Positions 19,215 to 29,347 are shown, counted from the stretch's first letter. The stretch is DNA of 64,000 nt from a bacterium (GCA_963681965.1 OY820579.1:4096001-4160000), one strand, 5' to 3'. Numbers and translations are program-made. The notes: generated by a model not told the origin, from the letters alone.

Positions 19215-20300
19215 ATGCACAAGAAACTCTTTATTCCCGGACCGAGTGAAGTACGTCCGAAAATTCTCCAAGCGATGGCAACACCGCAAGTCGGACACCG
19301 ATCGAAAGACTATATCGCTCTTCATGAACGGGTCATTCCGAAAGTAAAGCAAATTCTTTATACCCAGAACGACGTGTTTCTCTGGGCATCCAGCTCGACA
19401 CTGGTAATGGAAGCCTGTGTCCGCAACCTGTCCCGCAAGAAAGTACTCTCCTGCGTGAATGGCGCTTTTTCCAAGCGCTGGGCGCAGATGTGCGGTTTCA
19501 ACGGTATTCCGAATGAAGTGCTTAGCGCCGAATGGGGCAAACCGATTACTCCCGAAGCGATCGATGCGAAACTCGCCACCGGCGAATTCGATTGCTTGAC
19601 GGTCGTGATGAATGAGACGTCGACTGGCGTCGAATCGAAGATCGGCGATATCGGAAAAATGATGGTGAAATATCCCGACGTGATGTTCTGCGTCGACGCG
19701 GTTTCCTGTATGGCTGGCGCGAAGATCCCGACCGACGAGTGGGGCATCGACGTGGTGCTCGCCGGTGTCCAGAAGTGCTGGGCAATGCCCGCCGGTTTGG
19801 CAATTTCAGCACACTCCGCACGTTCGCTGGAACGGTGCAAGGAAATCAAGTATCGCGGTCTCTATACCGACTTCCTCGATATGAAGAAGTACAGCGATAA
19901 GAACCAGACTCCGGCAACACCGGCTGTTTCGCACATTTTCGCACTCGACGTTCAGACCGACGACATTCTCGCCGAAGGTCTCGACAATCGCTGGGCACGT
20001 CACATGCGTCTCGCGAAAACAACGCGCGATTTCTGTGTCGACCACGGCTATGCGCTTTATCCCGAAGCCGGTTACGAATCGGTCACGCTGACTTGTGCGA
20101 ACAACACCAAGGGCATCGTGATTGCCGATCTGAATTCCGCACTCGGCAAGCGCGGATTCACCATTTCCAATGGCTACGGTGATCTGAAAGAAAAGACCTT
20201 CCGCATCGCACACATGGGCGATGTCACCGACGCCGAATTGAAGGAATTGCTCGATCACATCGACGACATTCTGAAAACCTTGCCGACCACCAACGGCTAA
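19215..20300 (+). CDS. Class V PLP aminotransferase (serine-pyruvate/alanine-glyoxylate type, probably acting as phosphoserine aminotransferase)
   Basis: LFIPGPS, GHRS, NETSTGV, VDAVS, GVQKC (PLP Lys) and FRIAHMG; adjacent to serA. Confidence 0.9.
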   Translation: MHKKLFIPGPSEVRPKILQAMATPQVGHRSKDYIALHERVIPKVKQILYTQNDVFLWASSSTLVMEACVRNLSRKKVLSCVNGAFSKRWAQMCGFNGIPNEVLSAEWGKPITPEAIDAKLATGEFDCLTVVMNETSTGVESKIGDIGKMMVKYPDVMFCVDAVSCMAGAKIPTDEWGIDVVLAGVQKCWAMPAGLAISAHSARSLERCKEIKYRGLYTDFLDMKKYSDKNQTPATPAVSHIFALDVQTDDILAEGLDNRWARHMRLAKTTRDFCVDHGYALYPEAGYESVTLTCANNTKGIVIADLNSALGKRGFTISNGYGDLKEKTFRIAHMGDVTDAELKELLDHIDDILKTLPTTNG

Positions 20301-20459
20301 TCATTCGAAGGGGCGGACTTGCAATAGTCCGCCCGAATTTCATCGGGCGGTACTGTTACCGCCCACTTTGTTATTGAAATACGACGATGAACGATCCCCC
20401 GGACAGCCCTGTCCGCAATCGCCATCGCGCCACTTTACGCCACCAGAAGGAGTTTTTCC

Positions 20460-21362
20460 ATGCGCGTATTGATTACCGACGGACTCGCGAAAAGCGCCGT
20501 CCAACAGTTGAAAGACGCCGGTTTCGAAGTAACCGAGCAATTTTATCCGCTAGAAGAATTGATCGCAGCCATCCCCAATTTCGAAGTGATCATCGTTCGC
20601 TCTGCAACCAAAGTGACTCGTGCCGTAATTGAAGCCGGGACCAACTTGAAACTGGCAATCCGCGGTGGTGTTGGCATCGACAATATCGATACCGTAGCCG
20701 CCAAAGAACGCGGCGTGAAAGTTATGAATACCCCCGCCGCCTCCAGCGCGTCAGTTGCCGAATTGGCAATCGCGCACATGTTCGCCGTTGTCCGCTTCCT
20801 GCCGTTGACGAATTCGTCGATGAAAGCCGGACAGTGGGAAAAGAAAGCATTTTCGAAGGGTACCGAAATCAGTGGCAAGACCCTCGGTCTCATCGGCTGC
20901 GGTCGCATCGGTATCGAATTGGCGAAGCGTGCCCACGCCCTCGGTATGACGGTTTTGGGTTACGATAAATTCGTAAAAATTACCGAACCGACCATCAAGC
21001 AGGTTGAGATGGATGAAATCCTGACGAAAGCCGACTTTATCTCACTCCATATCCCCCTACCCAAGGGTGAACCACCGGTGATCGGAGCTGCTGAATTGGC
21101 GAAAATGAAGCCGAGTGCGGTATTGATCAATTGCGCCCGCGGCGGAGTGGTTGACGAAGCGGCACTGATCGAAGCGTTGAAGGGTGGCAAATTGCGTGGC
21201 GCCGGGATTGATGTCTTTGCCGGCGAACCGAACTTCAACCCCGAACTGGTTGCATTACCAAATGTCTCAGTATCACCGCATACCGGTGCTAGCACTGTCG
21301 AAGCGCAGGATCGAATCGGAGCGGAAGTTGTTCAAATCCTTAAAAACGAAGCTAAAAAATAA
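20460..21362 (+). CDS. serA: D-3-phosphoglycerate dehydrogenase, short type without ACT domain
   Basis: Motifs VRSATKVT, RGGVGIDNID, SVAEL, GCGRIG, NCARGGVVDE and PHTGASTVEAQ. Confidence 0.8.
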   Translation: MRVLITDGLAKSAVQQLKDAGFEVTEQFYPLEELIAAIPNFEVIIVRSATKVTRAVIEAGTNLKLAIRGGVGIDNIDTVAAKERGVKVMNTPAASSASVAELAIAHMFAVVRFLPLTNSSMKAGQWEKKAFSKGTEISGKTLGLIGCGRIGIELAKRAHALGMTVLGYDKFVKITEPTIKQVEMDEILTKADFISLHIPLPKGEPPVIGAAELAKMKPSAVLINCARGGVVDEAALIEALKGGKLRGAGIDVFAGEPNFNPELVALPNVSVSPHTGASTVEAQDRIGAEVVQILKNEAKK

Positions 21363-21383
21363 GGGTTTGTAGACAGTTTTTTT

Positions 21384-21413
21384 GAGGGCACACAAACGTG
21401 TGCCCTCTTTTTT
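21384..21413 (+). terminator. Rho-independent terminator after serA
   Basis: gagggcacac-aaac-gtgtgccctc followed by tttttt. Confidence 0.85.
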
Positions 21414-21718
21414 GTTTTTCGAGTGCTAACTACAGTTAAAGAAATCACCTAAATAGATCCGATCTATTGGAAAACCGACTAGAATACGATAAATTGGAAT
21501 GATGTTGTGTAATTACAGCGGGTTTGCTTGGTCTACAGGGACTTAACTTAGTTCCTCTGTACAATTGTGTTTGCCTTGGCTTTATTGAATTTAGTTGCAT
21601 TATTTTCCGTGAAACATCGATCATTTCCAGCGGCATTCACATTGACTCAGCAATTCCGATTCAGCCAATAGTCGAGAGTTCGGCAGATTAATTTGATTAC
21701 TGATATTCTAATGCGCCG

Positions 21719-24700
21719 ATGAAGCGAATACCACTTATTCAGACTCCACCAAAAAACATTTTAACAGCGAGTTTTCTCGGTGGAGCCAAACTTATTTGGC
21801 GCGGTCGCGTTCTGACTGACTTTGCAACCCAGAAGGTTTTGGGTTTGTTTTGCTATTTGCTCGACAATTCGGAACAGCAGGTTTCACGGGAAAAATTGAC
21901 GTCGATGTTCTGGGGCGATTCCCCGGAGAGTCAAGCCCGCTATAATCTTCGGTACGCGCTGTGGAATATCCGCAAATTATTCAAAGAGACTGAAGACGAT
22001 CTCGATCCTTTCATCGCTTCGCGGACAGCTTGTCAAATTCACCCCGAATTTCATTACACTACCGATTGCGAAACCTTCCTCACCGAACTAAATACTCCTC
22101 CCGGACCGGATCGCGTCGATGCTTTGGAGCACGCGGTCGATCGATACAAGGGACAATTCCTCGACGGTTTTACGCTGCGCAATTTACCCGACTGGGAAGA
22201 GTGGTTGTACCACCGTCGGGAAGAGCTACTCAAGCGCTATCTCGAGGGAATGGTTGAGATCGGCAATCATTATCTGAATTCTCGTCATTCAAGCAAAGCG
22301 CTGGATATTTTCATGCACGCGTTGAGCGTGGCAAATGATTTGGAACCAGCGCACGAAGGGATTATCCGGGCATACGCCGAACAGGGTAAAACTTCGGCAG
22401 CATTGCGCCAATACAATGTATACGTCGATTTGATGCGCCGCGAATTTAACGCTCCGCCCCGACCCGAAATGGTGAAATTAGCCGATGCCCTTCGCAAAGG
22501 CGGTGAAGTTCCGATCACGACGATCATCGAAGAAAAACCGGCACCAGTCAAAATCGTTCACACAGCTCCGGAACCCGTCCACATTCCTAAGCCGGTTATC
22601 GAGAATGTTCCGACCATCATTTCGAATACCGATCCGGTACCATTCATCGGTCGAAAACAGGAAATGATTTCGCTGAATCAGTTGCTGGATCAGGTCAGTG
22701 TCGGCAATGGACAAGTGATGATTGTTTCCGGCGAAATGGGTATCGGAAAAACTAGATTGCTCTCGACTTTTCTCAAAGTCGTTCCGAAAACTTTTTTCAT
22801 CGGTATCGGCGAATCGCAGGAAATCGCTTCAACGCAACCATTGGAATCGCTCGATCATCTCTGCGAATATTTGTTGCGCGATCCGCGAATTCCACCGGAT
22901 ATGCGTGCCGAATATAACAGTACCGCCTCTTCGACCGTCGTGCATCCCGAAGGTGAAGTCGGATCGGAAGCGGCAATCATCGAAGCGAAGCGACGCTGGT
23001 TGATCAAGCTCGCTCAGATTGGACCATTGATTATTTTAATGGACGATCTGCACTGGGCAAGCGACAGCGTACTGATGTTTTTCTCGAATCTCGCACAGGA
23101 AGTCAAACGACTGCCATTGCTGTTGATCGGGATTTTCCGCACCTACGAAAATGTGACCGAAGATGCAATCGCGCCGTCACTCATCAGTATCGCGCGCACC
23201 GGCAGGTTGTGGCGAATCGAATTGAAGAAATTGTCCGATTCCGAAACTCTGCAATTGATTACCTCGAAAGCCTCGGATGTCGTGAATCAAATGCAGAAAG
23301 AAGAGGTCGAGAAATTAACGCGATTCACCGACGGTATTCCGTTATACGCAGTGGAACTGGGAAGTTTTCTACAGGAAGGTCGCGAGGATATCGTTCACAG
23401 TCCGATGCTCGACGATCGACCCGATTTCGAAGCCACTACCGGTGAAAAACTGATTCCACCGTTGATGGAAAAAATCGCCTCGTTGCGATTGAGTAAGTTG
23501 ACACCGATCCAGAACGAAATTCTCAAATCGGCTTCACTCATCGTCGGCGATTTTTCGGTAAAAGTATTGAAGCAATTGAAGGAACTCGACGACGAAACGC
23601 TGGAAGAGATTCTTGTCGATCTGGAGTACCGTAATTTCATTCACCATATCGAACGTGGCGACGAATTAATCTTTGCCTTCAATCATCAAATGGTGAAGCT
23701 CGCCATTGCGGAAACGATCCCATCGCTCGAGCGACGCCGACTATTCAAAGCGATCGTGAATGCTTACAACTCCAGCGAAGAATCCTGCAGTCCCGAAGCG
23801 ATGGCGTACTATTTGTTCAATTCCGGCGATCGCGTAGCAGCACTCCCGTTCTTGATGCAAAGTGCCCGGCAATGGTTCGCCGTCGGTGAAAAACGGCGCG
23901 GTTTGCAAAATTCACGATTTGCCTTCAAGATTGCGATGGAAAATATCGGCTTCAATCCCGATGGAATGGTCGATATTGTCTTGGAACATGCCAACCATCA
24001 AGTTCGATTCGGGATGGTGAAACCGGCACTCGATGTATTGAACGAGCTGATCACGCAACTCGAGCCGAATACGACCAAACCCGAAGGCAAGAAACTGCTG
24101 GCACGTCGCGACGAACTCCGCGAATTGCTGAAATCGCCCACCAAACCGGTTTCGAAGCTGGTATCGCCGTTGACGCTGGTAACAACGAAACGGTCGCTGG
24201 CGAATGTAAAATTATTGCACGATGATATCCCCGGTGCCACCGCCTTGATCGAACAGATCGAAAAGATGCTCGACAACATGGAAGACAGCAAGGGGATGTT
24301 GCTCGAATCGGGACGATTGCTGCAGTTGAAAGCCAAGTTGCTGTTGAAACTAAAGAAGAAAAGCGAAGCGACCCGCTTGTTAGAAAATTCACTCGAATTG
24401 CTTCGTGGTCCGGGTGCACTGGTCGATTTGGCGGAAAGTTATCTCTTGCTGGCGCATTTGGCGGTAGAAAAGCGCGATTGGGAACGTGCGAAAACATTGC
24501 TGGAAACTGCAACCGATTTGTCGCTCGATACCGACGACGAAATTCTCCAATCGAATTGTTATCACGCACTCGGAAAAATTTGTCTCCGACGCGACGAGAT
24601 GGAAGATGCCGAAGCCTATCTCCAACGAGCCGTAGAAGCGGGCGAGCATTCGTTGCCGTCGGCATCCGAGGTGGCACAATTGCGGATGGATTATGCCGAA

Positions 24701-24835
24701 GCGCTGTTCCAACAAGGCAAGCCGGAAGATGCCGCGCACGAACTCGATGTTGCGGAAGAATGCTTCAAGACCGACACCAACGACGATGGGCTGCGAAAAA
24801 TCCGCAAAGTCCGTTCCGACTACAACATCTCCTAA
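21719..24835 (+). CDS. SARP-type (winged helix + BTAD) transcriptional regulator with AAA/STAND ATPase and TPR domains
   Basis: N-terminal VSREKL..FWGDSPESQARYNLR; BTAD YKGQFLDGF...WEEWL; FIGRKQE, Walker A GEMGIGKT, Walker B ILMDDLHWA; C-terminal TPR-like helices. Confidence 0.88.
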   Translation: MKRIPLIQTPPKNILTASFLGGAKLIWRGRVLTDFATQKVLGLFCYLLDNSEQQVSREKLTSMFWGDSPESQARYNLRYALWNIRKLFKETEDDLDPFIASRTACQIHPEFHYTTDCETFLTELNTPPGPDRVDALEHAVDRYKGQFLDGFTLRNLPDWEEWLYHRREELLKRYLEGMVEIGNHYLNSRHSSKALDIFMHALSVANDLEPAHEGIIRAYAEQGKTSAALRQYNVYVDLMRREFNAPPRPEMVKLADALRKGGEVPITTIIEEKPAPVKIVHTAPEPVHIPKPVIENVPTIISNTDPVPFIGRKQEMISLNQLLDQVSVGNGQVMIVSGEMGIGKTRLLSTFLKVVPKTFFIGIGESQEIASTQPLESLDHLCEYLLRDPRIPPDMRAEYNSTASSTVVHPEGEVGSEAAIIEAKRRWLIKLAQIGPLIILMDDLHWASDSVLMFFSNLAQEVKRLPLLLIGIFRTYENVTEDAIAPSLISIARTGRLWRIELKKLSDSETLQLITSKASDVVNQMQKEEVEKLTRFTDGIPLYAVELGSFLQEGREDIVHSPMLDDRPDFEATTGEKLIPPLMEKIASLRLSKLTPIQNEILKSASLIVGDFSVKVLKQLKELDDETLEEILVDLEYRNFIHHIERGDELIFAFNHQMVKLAIAETIPSLERRRLFKAIVNAYNSSEESCSPEAMAYYLFNSGDRVAALPFLMQSARQWFAVGEKRRGLQNSRFAFKIAMENIGFNPDGMVDIVLEHANHQVRFGMVKPALDVLNELITQLEPNTTKPEGKKLLARRDELRELLKSPTKPVSKLVSPLTLVTTKRSLANVKLLHDDIPGATALIEQIEKMLDNMEDSKGMLLESGRLLQLKAKLLLKLKKKSEATRLLENSLELLRGPGALVDLAESYLLLAHLAVEKRDWERAKTLLETATDLSLDTDDEILQSNCYHALGKICLRRDEMEDAEAYLQRAVEAGEHSLPSASEVAQLRMDYAEALFQQGKPEDAAHELDVAEECFKTDTNDDGLRKIRKVRSDYNIS

Positions 24836-24930
24836 ACCCAACACCATCATTCAATCTTCTCATACGATCACCTGAATCATTTAGTATATTGTAGCTTCCA
24901 ATCAATCATGAATTACTTACTAGGAATTCA

Positions 24931-25833
24931 ATGGAACGGTTTGCTTATCTCGGTGTGATTGTCGCGGTCCTTGCGTATGCATGGTCGGCGATCTTCATTC
25001 GCATGGCAGTGGAAGCGCCGCCATTGGCAATTGCATTTTACCGGATGTTGATCGCGAGTATCGTCTGGACACCGGCGTACTGGTGGAAACCGAAAGGCAT
25101 CGCACCAACCCCGCTCACTTCGCGACAACGCAAATTGATTCTTCTATCCGGATTATTCCTCTGCTTCCATTTTGCCACGTGGATTGCTTCGCTCCGCCAT
25201 ACCACCGTCGCATCTGCCGTATTCATGATCCTGATGCAACCGATTATGGTCGCGATCGTCGCGCATTTCTGGTTGAAAGAGCGACTTCGTACACAACATA
25301 TTGTCGGTTTAATTGTCACGATTCTCGGCGCGCTGATTATTACATGGGGCGATGTCCAAATCAAACCGGAATATCTCGGCGGCGACCTGCTCGCATTGCT
25401 GGGCGCTGGTTTGGCAGGTGCGTATCTGCTTGTCGGTCGGATTGTCCGACCCGATCATCCCGAACACGGTGAAGGGGTTCCGCTGCATCGCTATATTCCA
25501 CTGGTTTATTGGACAGCGACGATCGGATTACTGATTCTCTGTCTCGCAAATGGCGTGACGCTGAGTGGGTTCGGTTCCGATACGTGGTGGGCACTGCTCG
25601 GTGTCGGGTTGATTCCGACGGTGATCGGACATAGTCTGTTCAATTGGGCGATTCGCTACCTCCCCGCACTCCCGGTCAACATTTCGCTGGTGGGTGAACC
25701 AATCGGCGCAACGCTGTTGGCATTCTGGATTTTCCACGAAACACCGGCAACCGGCATCTTTATTGGCGGACCGCTGATGATTCTCGCCGTGGTCGTGATT
25801 GTCATGACACCACAACGGATGAAAGTGCGATAA
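24931..25833 (+). CDS. DMT/EamA-family transporter
   Basis: About 10 TM helices in two EamA repeats (PLAIAFYR, WLKER, GDLLAL, GHSLFNWA, EPIGA). Confidence 0.9.
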   Translation: MERFAYLGVIVAVLAYAWSAIFIRMAVEAPPLAIAFYRMLIASIVWTPAYWWKPKGIAPTPLTSRQRKLILLSGLFLCFHFATWIASLRHTTVASAVFMILMQPIMVAIVAHFWLKERLRTQHIVGLIVTILGALIITWGDVQIKPEYLGGDLLALLGAGLAGAYLLVGRIVRPDHPEHGEGVPLHRYIPLVYWTATIGLLILCLANGVTLSGFGSDTWWALLGVGLIPTVIGHSLFNWAIRYLPALPVNISLVGEPIGATLLAFWIFHETPATGIFIGGPLMILAVVVIVMTPQRMKVR

Positions 25834-25842
25834 TTGACTTAT

Positions 25843-25950
25843 GTAGCCGCAGGCTTTAGACTGCGATCTTGTATCTTTTTTATCTTTTCCCACCACCCAA
25901 CACCTACCCCCCAACACCCATCTTTACTGTAGGTCGGAATTTATTCCGAC
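25843..25950. repeat. REP mosaic: GTAGCCGCAGGCTTTAGACTGCG + heptamer run + GTAGGTCGGAATTTATTCCGAC
   Basis: The same two GTAG palindromes recur in the same order at 58044 and 58081. Confidence 0.8.
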
Positions 25951-26004
25951 TCCTCTTGTGTCGTGCAAATTTCCATTTGTGCGAATATCATACGCCCCAA
26001 ACGG

Positions 26005-26036
26005 AAAAAAAAAGGGACGAATACGATTCGTCCCTT
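26005..26036 (-). terminator. Rho-independent terminator of the OFOR/Bfu operon
   Basis: A-run followed by aagggacgaat-acg-attcgtccctt, which gives a stem plus U-tail on the minus strand. Confidence 0.8.
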
Positions 26037-26058
26037 CGAAAAAATGTTTGAATGATGT

Positions 26059-26084
26059 GGGCGACCGCAGTGGGTCACCCCTAC
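26059..26084 (-). repeat. GTAG-type REP palindrome
   Basis: Minus strand reads GTAGGGGTGACCCACTGCGGTCGCCC directly after the stop codon. Confidence 0.65.
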
Positions 26085-26570
26085 TTACGCTACATTCAGG
26101 CGCGCCATCAGCGGTAACGGCGGGGTTTCGATTTGTTCGCCCGGAGCAAGATCGGGGCTGGGAATTTCGTTCCACTCCAGTGCGCGCGTCGGACAGAATT
26201 TCGCACACGCGGGATCGCCACCGCAAACATCGCACTTCACAATCTGTTTCGCCGCCGAATCGAAATGAATATTGCCGAACGGACAGGCGACGGTACACAT
26301 CATGCACAATACGCATTTCGCGGTATCGACTTCGATCGCACCGGTGACGGGATTGCGGATCAGCGCATTGGTCGGGCACGGTTTCTGACAGGCGGCGTCG
26401 TCGCATTGCAGACAGAGTACTACCGACGATGTGGTCGCGGTGAACGTATAGGCGCGCACGCGGGTCAATGCCTGCGATTTCGGCGATGTGCTGTGAACGA
26501 AGCTGCAGGCGATTTCGCAGGAACGGCAGCCGATACAACGGTACGGGGTAACCCAAAGTTTTTTAGACAT
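26085..26570 (-). CDS. 4x[4Fe-4S] electron-transfer protein (DmsB/CooF/HydN-like)
   Basis: Cluster motifs CIGCRSCEIAC, CLQCDDAACQKPCP, CVLCMMCTVACP and CDVCGGDPACAKFCP. Confidence 0.9.
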   Translation of the reverse strand: MSKKLWVTPYRCIGCRSCEIACSFVHSTSPKSQALTRVRAYTFTATTSSVVLCLQCDDAACQKPCPTNALIRNPVTGAIEVDTAKCVLCMMCTVACPFGNIHFDSAAKQIVKCDVCGGDPACAKFCPTRALEWNEIPSPDLAPGEQIETPPLPLMARLNVA

Positions 26571-26620
26571 GGCGAAGTTCCGATTTTTCTTTGTTAGCGA
26601 ACGAGGTTCGCGAAAAGATG

Positions 26621-27373
26621 CTACACAACATTGACAAATTTACGTGCCGTCTCAAGTTTCCGCGCACGATCGCTCTTGGTGAAGTAGTCGCGGGGCAAGC
26701 CGGACTTCTTCGCGAAATGATCGAGCTGTTCAGGCGTACCGAGCACCGTGCCGGTATCGGGACACTTCACCAGATCGAAGGTGTGATCCCAGATCGTGCG
26801 TTTGCCATCGGCTTCTTTGAACGGAATCGCGTCGGTCGGACAGGCATTCGCGCAGGCGAGACAGCCGATGCACGAGCGTTCTTCGTCCCATTCGAGTGGC
26901 GTGGCGATTACTTTCTGAATGCCGCGCGAGGTGCGTGCGATGGCATTGCGACCCACCGATTCGCAGACGCGAACGCAGATATCGCAGAGAATGCAGTTGT
27001 CGCCATCGACGCGAATCGGGAACGAGCTTTGCTCGATGCCGTACTCTTTCGCCCAGGCTTTGATCACATCGCTGTTCGGGCAGCGGGCGAGTTGCATGTC
27101 GAGCAGCGTCGCGCGGGTTTCAACCACCTTCTCGCTCATCGTGAAGACGTGCAGCCCTTCTTCCACGGGATAGAGACAACTGGTGACCAATTTCGACCAG
27201 CCGTCCCAATCGGGGCGCGTGATTTCGACAACGCATAAGCGGCATGCGCCGACCGGTTCGACACCGTCGTGATGGCACAGTGCCGGAATCTTTTTGCCTT
27301 CGCGGCGAGCGACCTGCAACAGGTATTCGCCCTTCTCCGCCGTGACTTCCTTGCCGTCCAATAAAAACTTCAT
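26621..27373 (-). CDS. NuoG/HydA N-terminal-like Fe-S subunit (BfuA-like; [2Fe-2S] + 2x[4Fe-4S]) with no catalytic domain
   Basis: IPALCHH...GACRLCVVE...TSC; CILCDICVRVC; CIGCLACANACPT; only 250 aa long. Confidence 0.88.
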   Translation of the reverse strand: MKFLLDGKEVTAEKGEYLLQVARREGKKIPALCHHDGVEPVGACRLCVVEITRPDWDGWSKLVTSCLYPVEEGLHVFTMSEKVVETRATLLDMQLARCPNSDVIKAWAKEYGIEQSSFPIRVDGDNCILCDICVRVCESVGRNAIARTSRGIQKVIATPLEWDEERSCIGCLACANACPTDAIPFKEADGKRTIWDHTFDLVKCPDTGTVLGTPEQLDHFAKKSGLPRDYFTKSDRARKLETARKFVNVV

Positions 27374-27416
27374 TGGAAATCCTTGTCGTGAATTTCACTG
27401 TTCGAACCGAATAACT

Positions 27417-28349
27417 TCATTCGTCGGGTTCGAAATAATCCATGTCAATTTTCTTTATCGTAATAGTACGATCAATTGAAACACCTAGATCGTGATCGAT
27501 CATTAACTCTAACAGCTTGTCACCGTCGATAAGAATGACTTTTTGGTTTTTCAAACTCTTCACATAGCTCTTTGCACTGGCTGAGAATTTTAAAAGCGTG
27601 ATAAAGACACCTTTGTCAGCTCCTACGCCAACCAACGCACCGATAAAGCTCTGGACTTCACCGCTTCCGACAGTGTTATTCTCATATCGTTTTGCTTGAA
27701 TGTGAATTTTCTCTAATCCTAACTTGTCTTCGTAAATAATTCCATCGATGCCACCATCGCCCGATTTTCCGGTTATCTCGCCTATTCCGTATCCCATTTT
27801 TTCTAATAATTGAACAACTAATTTTTCAAAGAATGATGCTGAACATTTTAAAATTGCTGACCGAACTTTTTCAAATAATTCAATTTTTAACAAGTCCTCG
27901 GCATCAGATAATTGGTCGTTAGGTGTCAGTTCTGATACTACTTGAATAGAGTTATTCGGTATAATATTTTGTTTTGTTGAATCAATCGTTACTTTTCGAC
28001 CAGATTTCTGCATCCATTCTCTAAATGAATCGCTGAATTCAGTTAAGCATTTTTCATTTATTTTTACTGGTTTCTGATCGAGTAATTTCATACCCAAATT
28101 GGTAATTTTATAATTTCCGATTGATGCTTGCTCGATGCATCCTGCTTTCATCAAGTAATATCTGGCCCAGTACACCCTGTCATCAAAAATAGTGTAACGC
28201 GGTTTATTCTTTTGTGCGATTAAATCATCGTCCGATAAATGAAAATATTCCTTTAAATATGATAAATACTCGCTTCGATGGTGTATCTTTCCATCGGATA
28301 AATATAACAAGAATGGTAACGTGATCTCATCGAATTTTGGTAGTGCCAT
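27417..28349 (-). CDS. mrr: Mrr-family type IV (modification-dependent) restriction endonuclease
   Basis: Mrr_N winged helix (FDDRVYWARYYLMKAG) and catalytic FEKLVVQLL..MGY, GDGGIDG, IQAKRY, GVFIT, LIDG; AT-rich. Confidence 0.92.
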   Translation of the reverse strand: MALPKFDEITLPFLLYLSDGKIHHRSEYLSYLKEYFHLSDDDLIAQKNKPRYTIFDDRVYWARYYLMKAGCIEQASIGNYKITNLGMKLLDQKPVKINEKCLTEFSDSFREWMQKSGRKVTIDSTKQNIIPNNSIQVVSELTPNDQLSDAEDLLKIELFEKVRSAILKCSASFFEKLVVQLLEKMGYGIGEITGKSGDGGIDGIIYEDKLGLEKIHIQAKRYENNTVGSGEVQSFIGALVGVGADKGVFITLLKFSASAKSYVKSLKNQKVILIDGDKLLELMIDHDLGVSIDRTITIKKIDMDYFEPDE

Positions 28350-28364
28350 TTCAATTCCTCGATT

Positions 28365-28649
28365 TTAATTGCGATTTCTTCGATAATGGACTACTGCAAT
28401 AATATTCACTCGATCAGAATAAATTCGATAAATTAACCGATATTCGCGAACAATCAATTCTCTAATCTCGAAAATTTTCGAGGGAATTACTGATCGACCG
28501 CGATTTGAATATCTTCGCAACGAATTGCCGGCATTCAAAAGATCAATGACAACTACCGATGCATATCGATCAGAATCTTCTGCGATGAAATCGTAGATGG
28601 ATTTTAGATCAAATCTTGCACCTTTTAACCAAATTACTTTCTTATCCAT
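28365..28649 (-). CDS. RelE/ParE-family toxin
   Basis: VIW...ARFDLKSIYDFIAEDS...GR...RELIV..YRLIYRI...IIAVVH; overlaps the upstream antitoxin. Confidence 0.88.
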   Translation of the reverse strand: MDKKVIWLKGARFDLKSIYDFIAEDSDRYASVVVIDLLNAGNSLRRYSNRGRSVIPSKIFEIRELIVREYRLIYRIYSDRVNIIAVVHYRRNRN

Positions 28650-28864
28650 GAAGCAACCAGCCGTTCCATCTTTTCCTGAGGAATACCGTTTCCTTCCTGC
28701 TCGTCTTGCAAACCACGTTCGATCTTTTGCAAAACATAAAGATGATACTGCATATCTTCGAGAGAACTATCCTCGGGTAACTGCTTCAGATATTTCAAAG
28801 CCTCTGCGCGTGGCAACACGACTTTGTCGACTTTAATTGATCTGACGTGATTTGTTGTCTTCAT
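28634..28864 (-). CDS. Cognate antitoxin of the RelE/ParE toxin
   Basis: LKQLPEDSSLEDMQYHLYVLQKIERGLQD..G...W pattern typical of ParE-associated antitoxins; upstream of and overlapping the toxin; ggag RBS. Confidence 0.8.
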   Translation of the reverse strand: MKTTNHVRSIKVDKVVLPRAEALKYLKQLPEDSSLEDMQYHLYVLQKIERGLQDEQEGNGIPQEKMERLVASWIRK

Positions 28865-28927
28865 GATTTCCTCCTTACTTAACGATACGCACTTAATGTT
28901 CGTACCGCAGGGAAATTACTTGCTAAC

Positions 28928-29347
28928 TCACACATCAAACGTGTAATTCTGCAAACCGTGATAATAATTCGCATACTTCGCAGTGAATTCGATCACCGTG
29001 TAATCGGGATCGTCGATCCCTTGCGGATAGTAGGTATCGAAACCGTCGCGCCACATCCGCTGCTTGGTGGCATGATCGTCGTGAAAGACGATTTCGCCCA
29101 CCAGCATCAATCCTTCGAATCCCTGCGGATCGAGAAAATAGAGACAACTGCGCGGATCGTGCGCAATAATCGTCGAGCGTTTCGCCGATTTATTCGTCGT
29201 GATCCAAAATTTCTTCAGACCATCGATCTCAGTGACGAGCATCGCCTTGATGTTCGGATAACCGTCGGTGCCATTCGATCCAAGCAGCACCACCTGCGAA
29301 CGTGCCGCCAATTTCTTCGATTTGTCGAGTACTTCGTCCGTTGTCAT
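28928..29347 (-). CDS. Pyridoxamine 5'-phosphate oxidase-like FMN-binding protein (general stress protein 26-like)
   Basis: GYPNIKAM, FWITTN, CLYF, GLMLVG and YYPQGIDDPDY. Confidence 0.85.
   Translation of the reverse strand: MTTDEVLDKSKKLAARSQVVLLGSNGTDGYPNIKAMLVTEIDGLKKFWITTNKSAKRSTIIAHDPRSCLYFLDPQGFEGLMLVGEIVFHDDHATKQRMWRDGFDTYYPQGIDDPDYTVIEFTAKYANYYHGLQNYTFDV

Noticed and set aside
19215-21362. Class V aminotransferase plus short SerA as a novel pathway
   Set aside because: This is a known arrangement for serine biosynthesis in many anaerobes and archaea.
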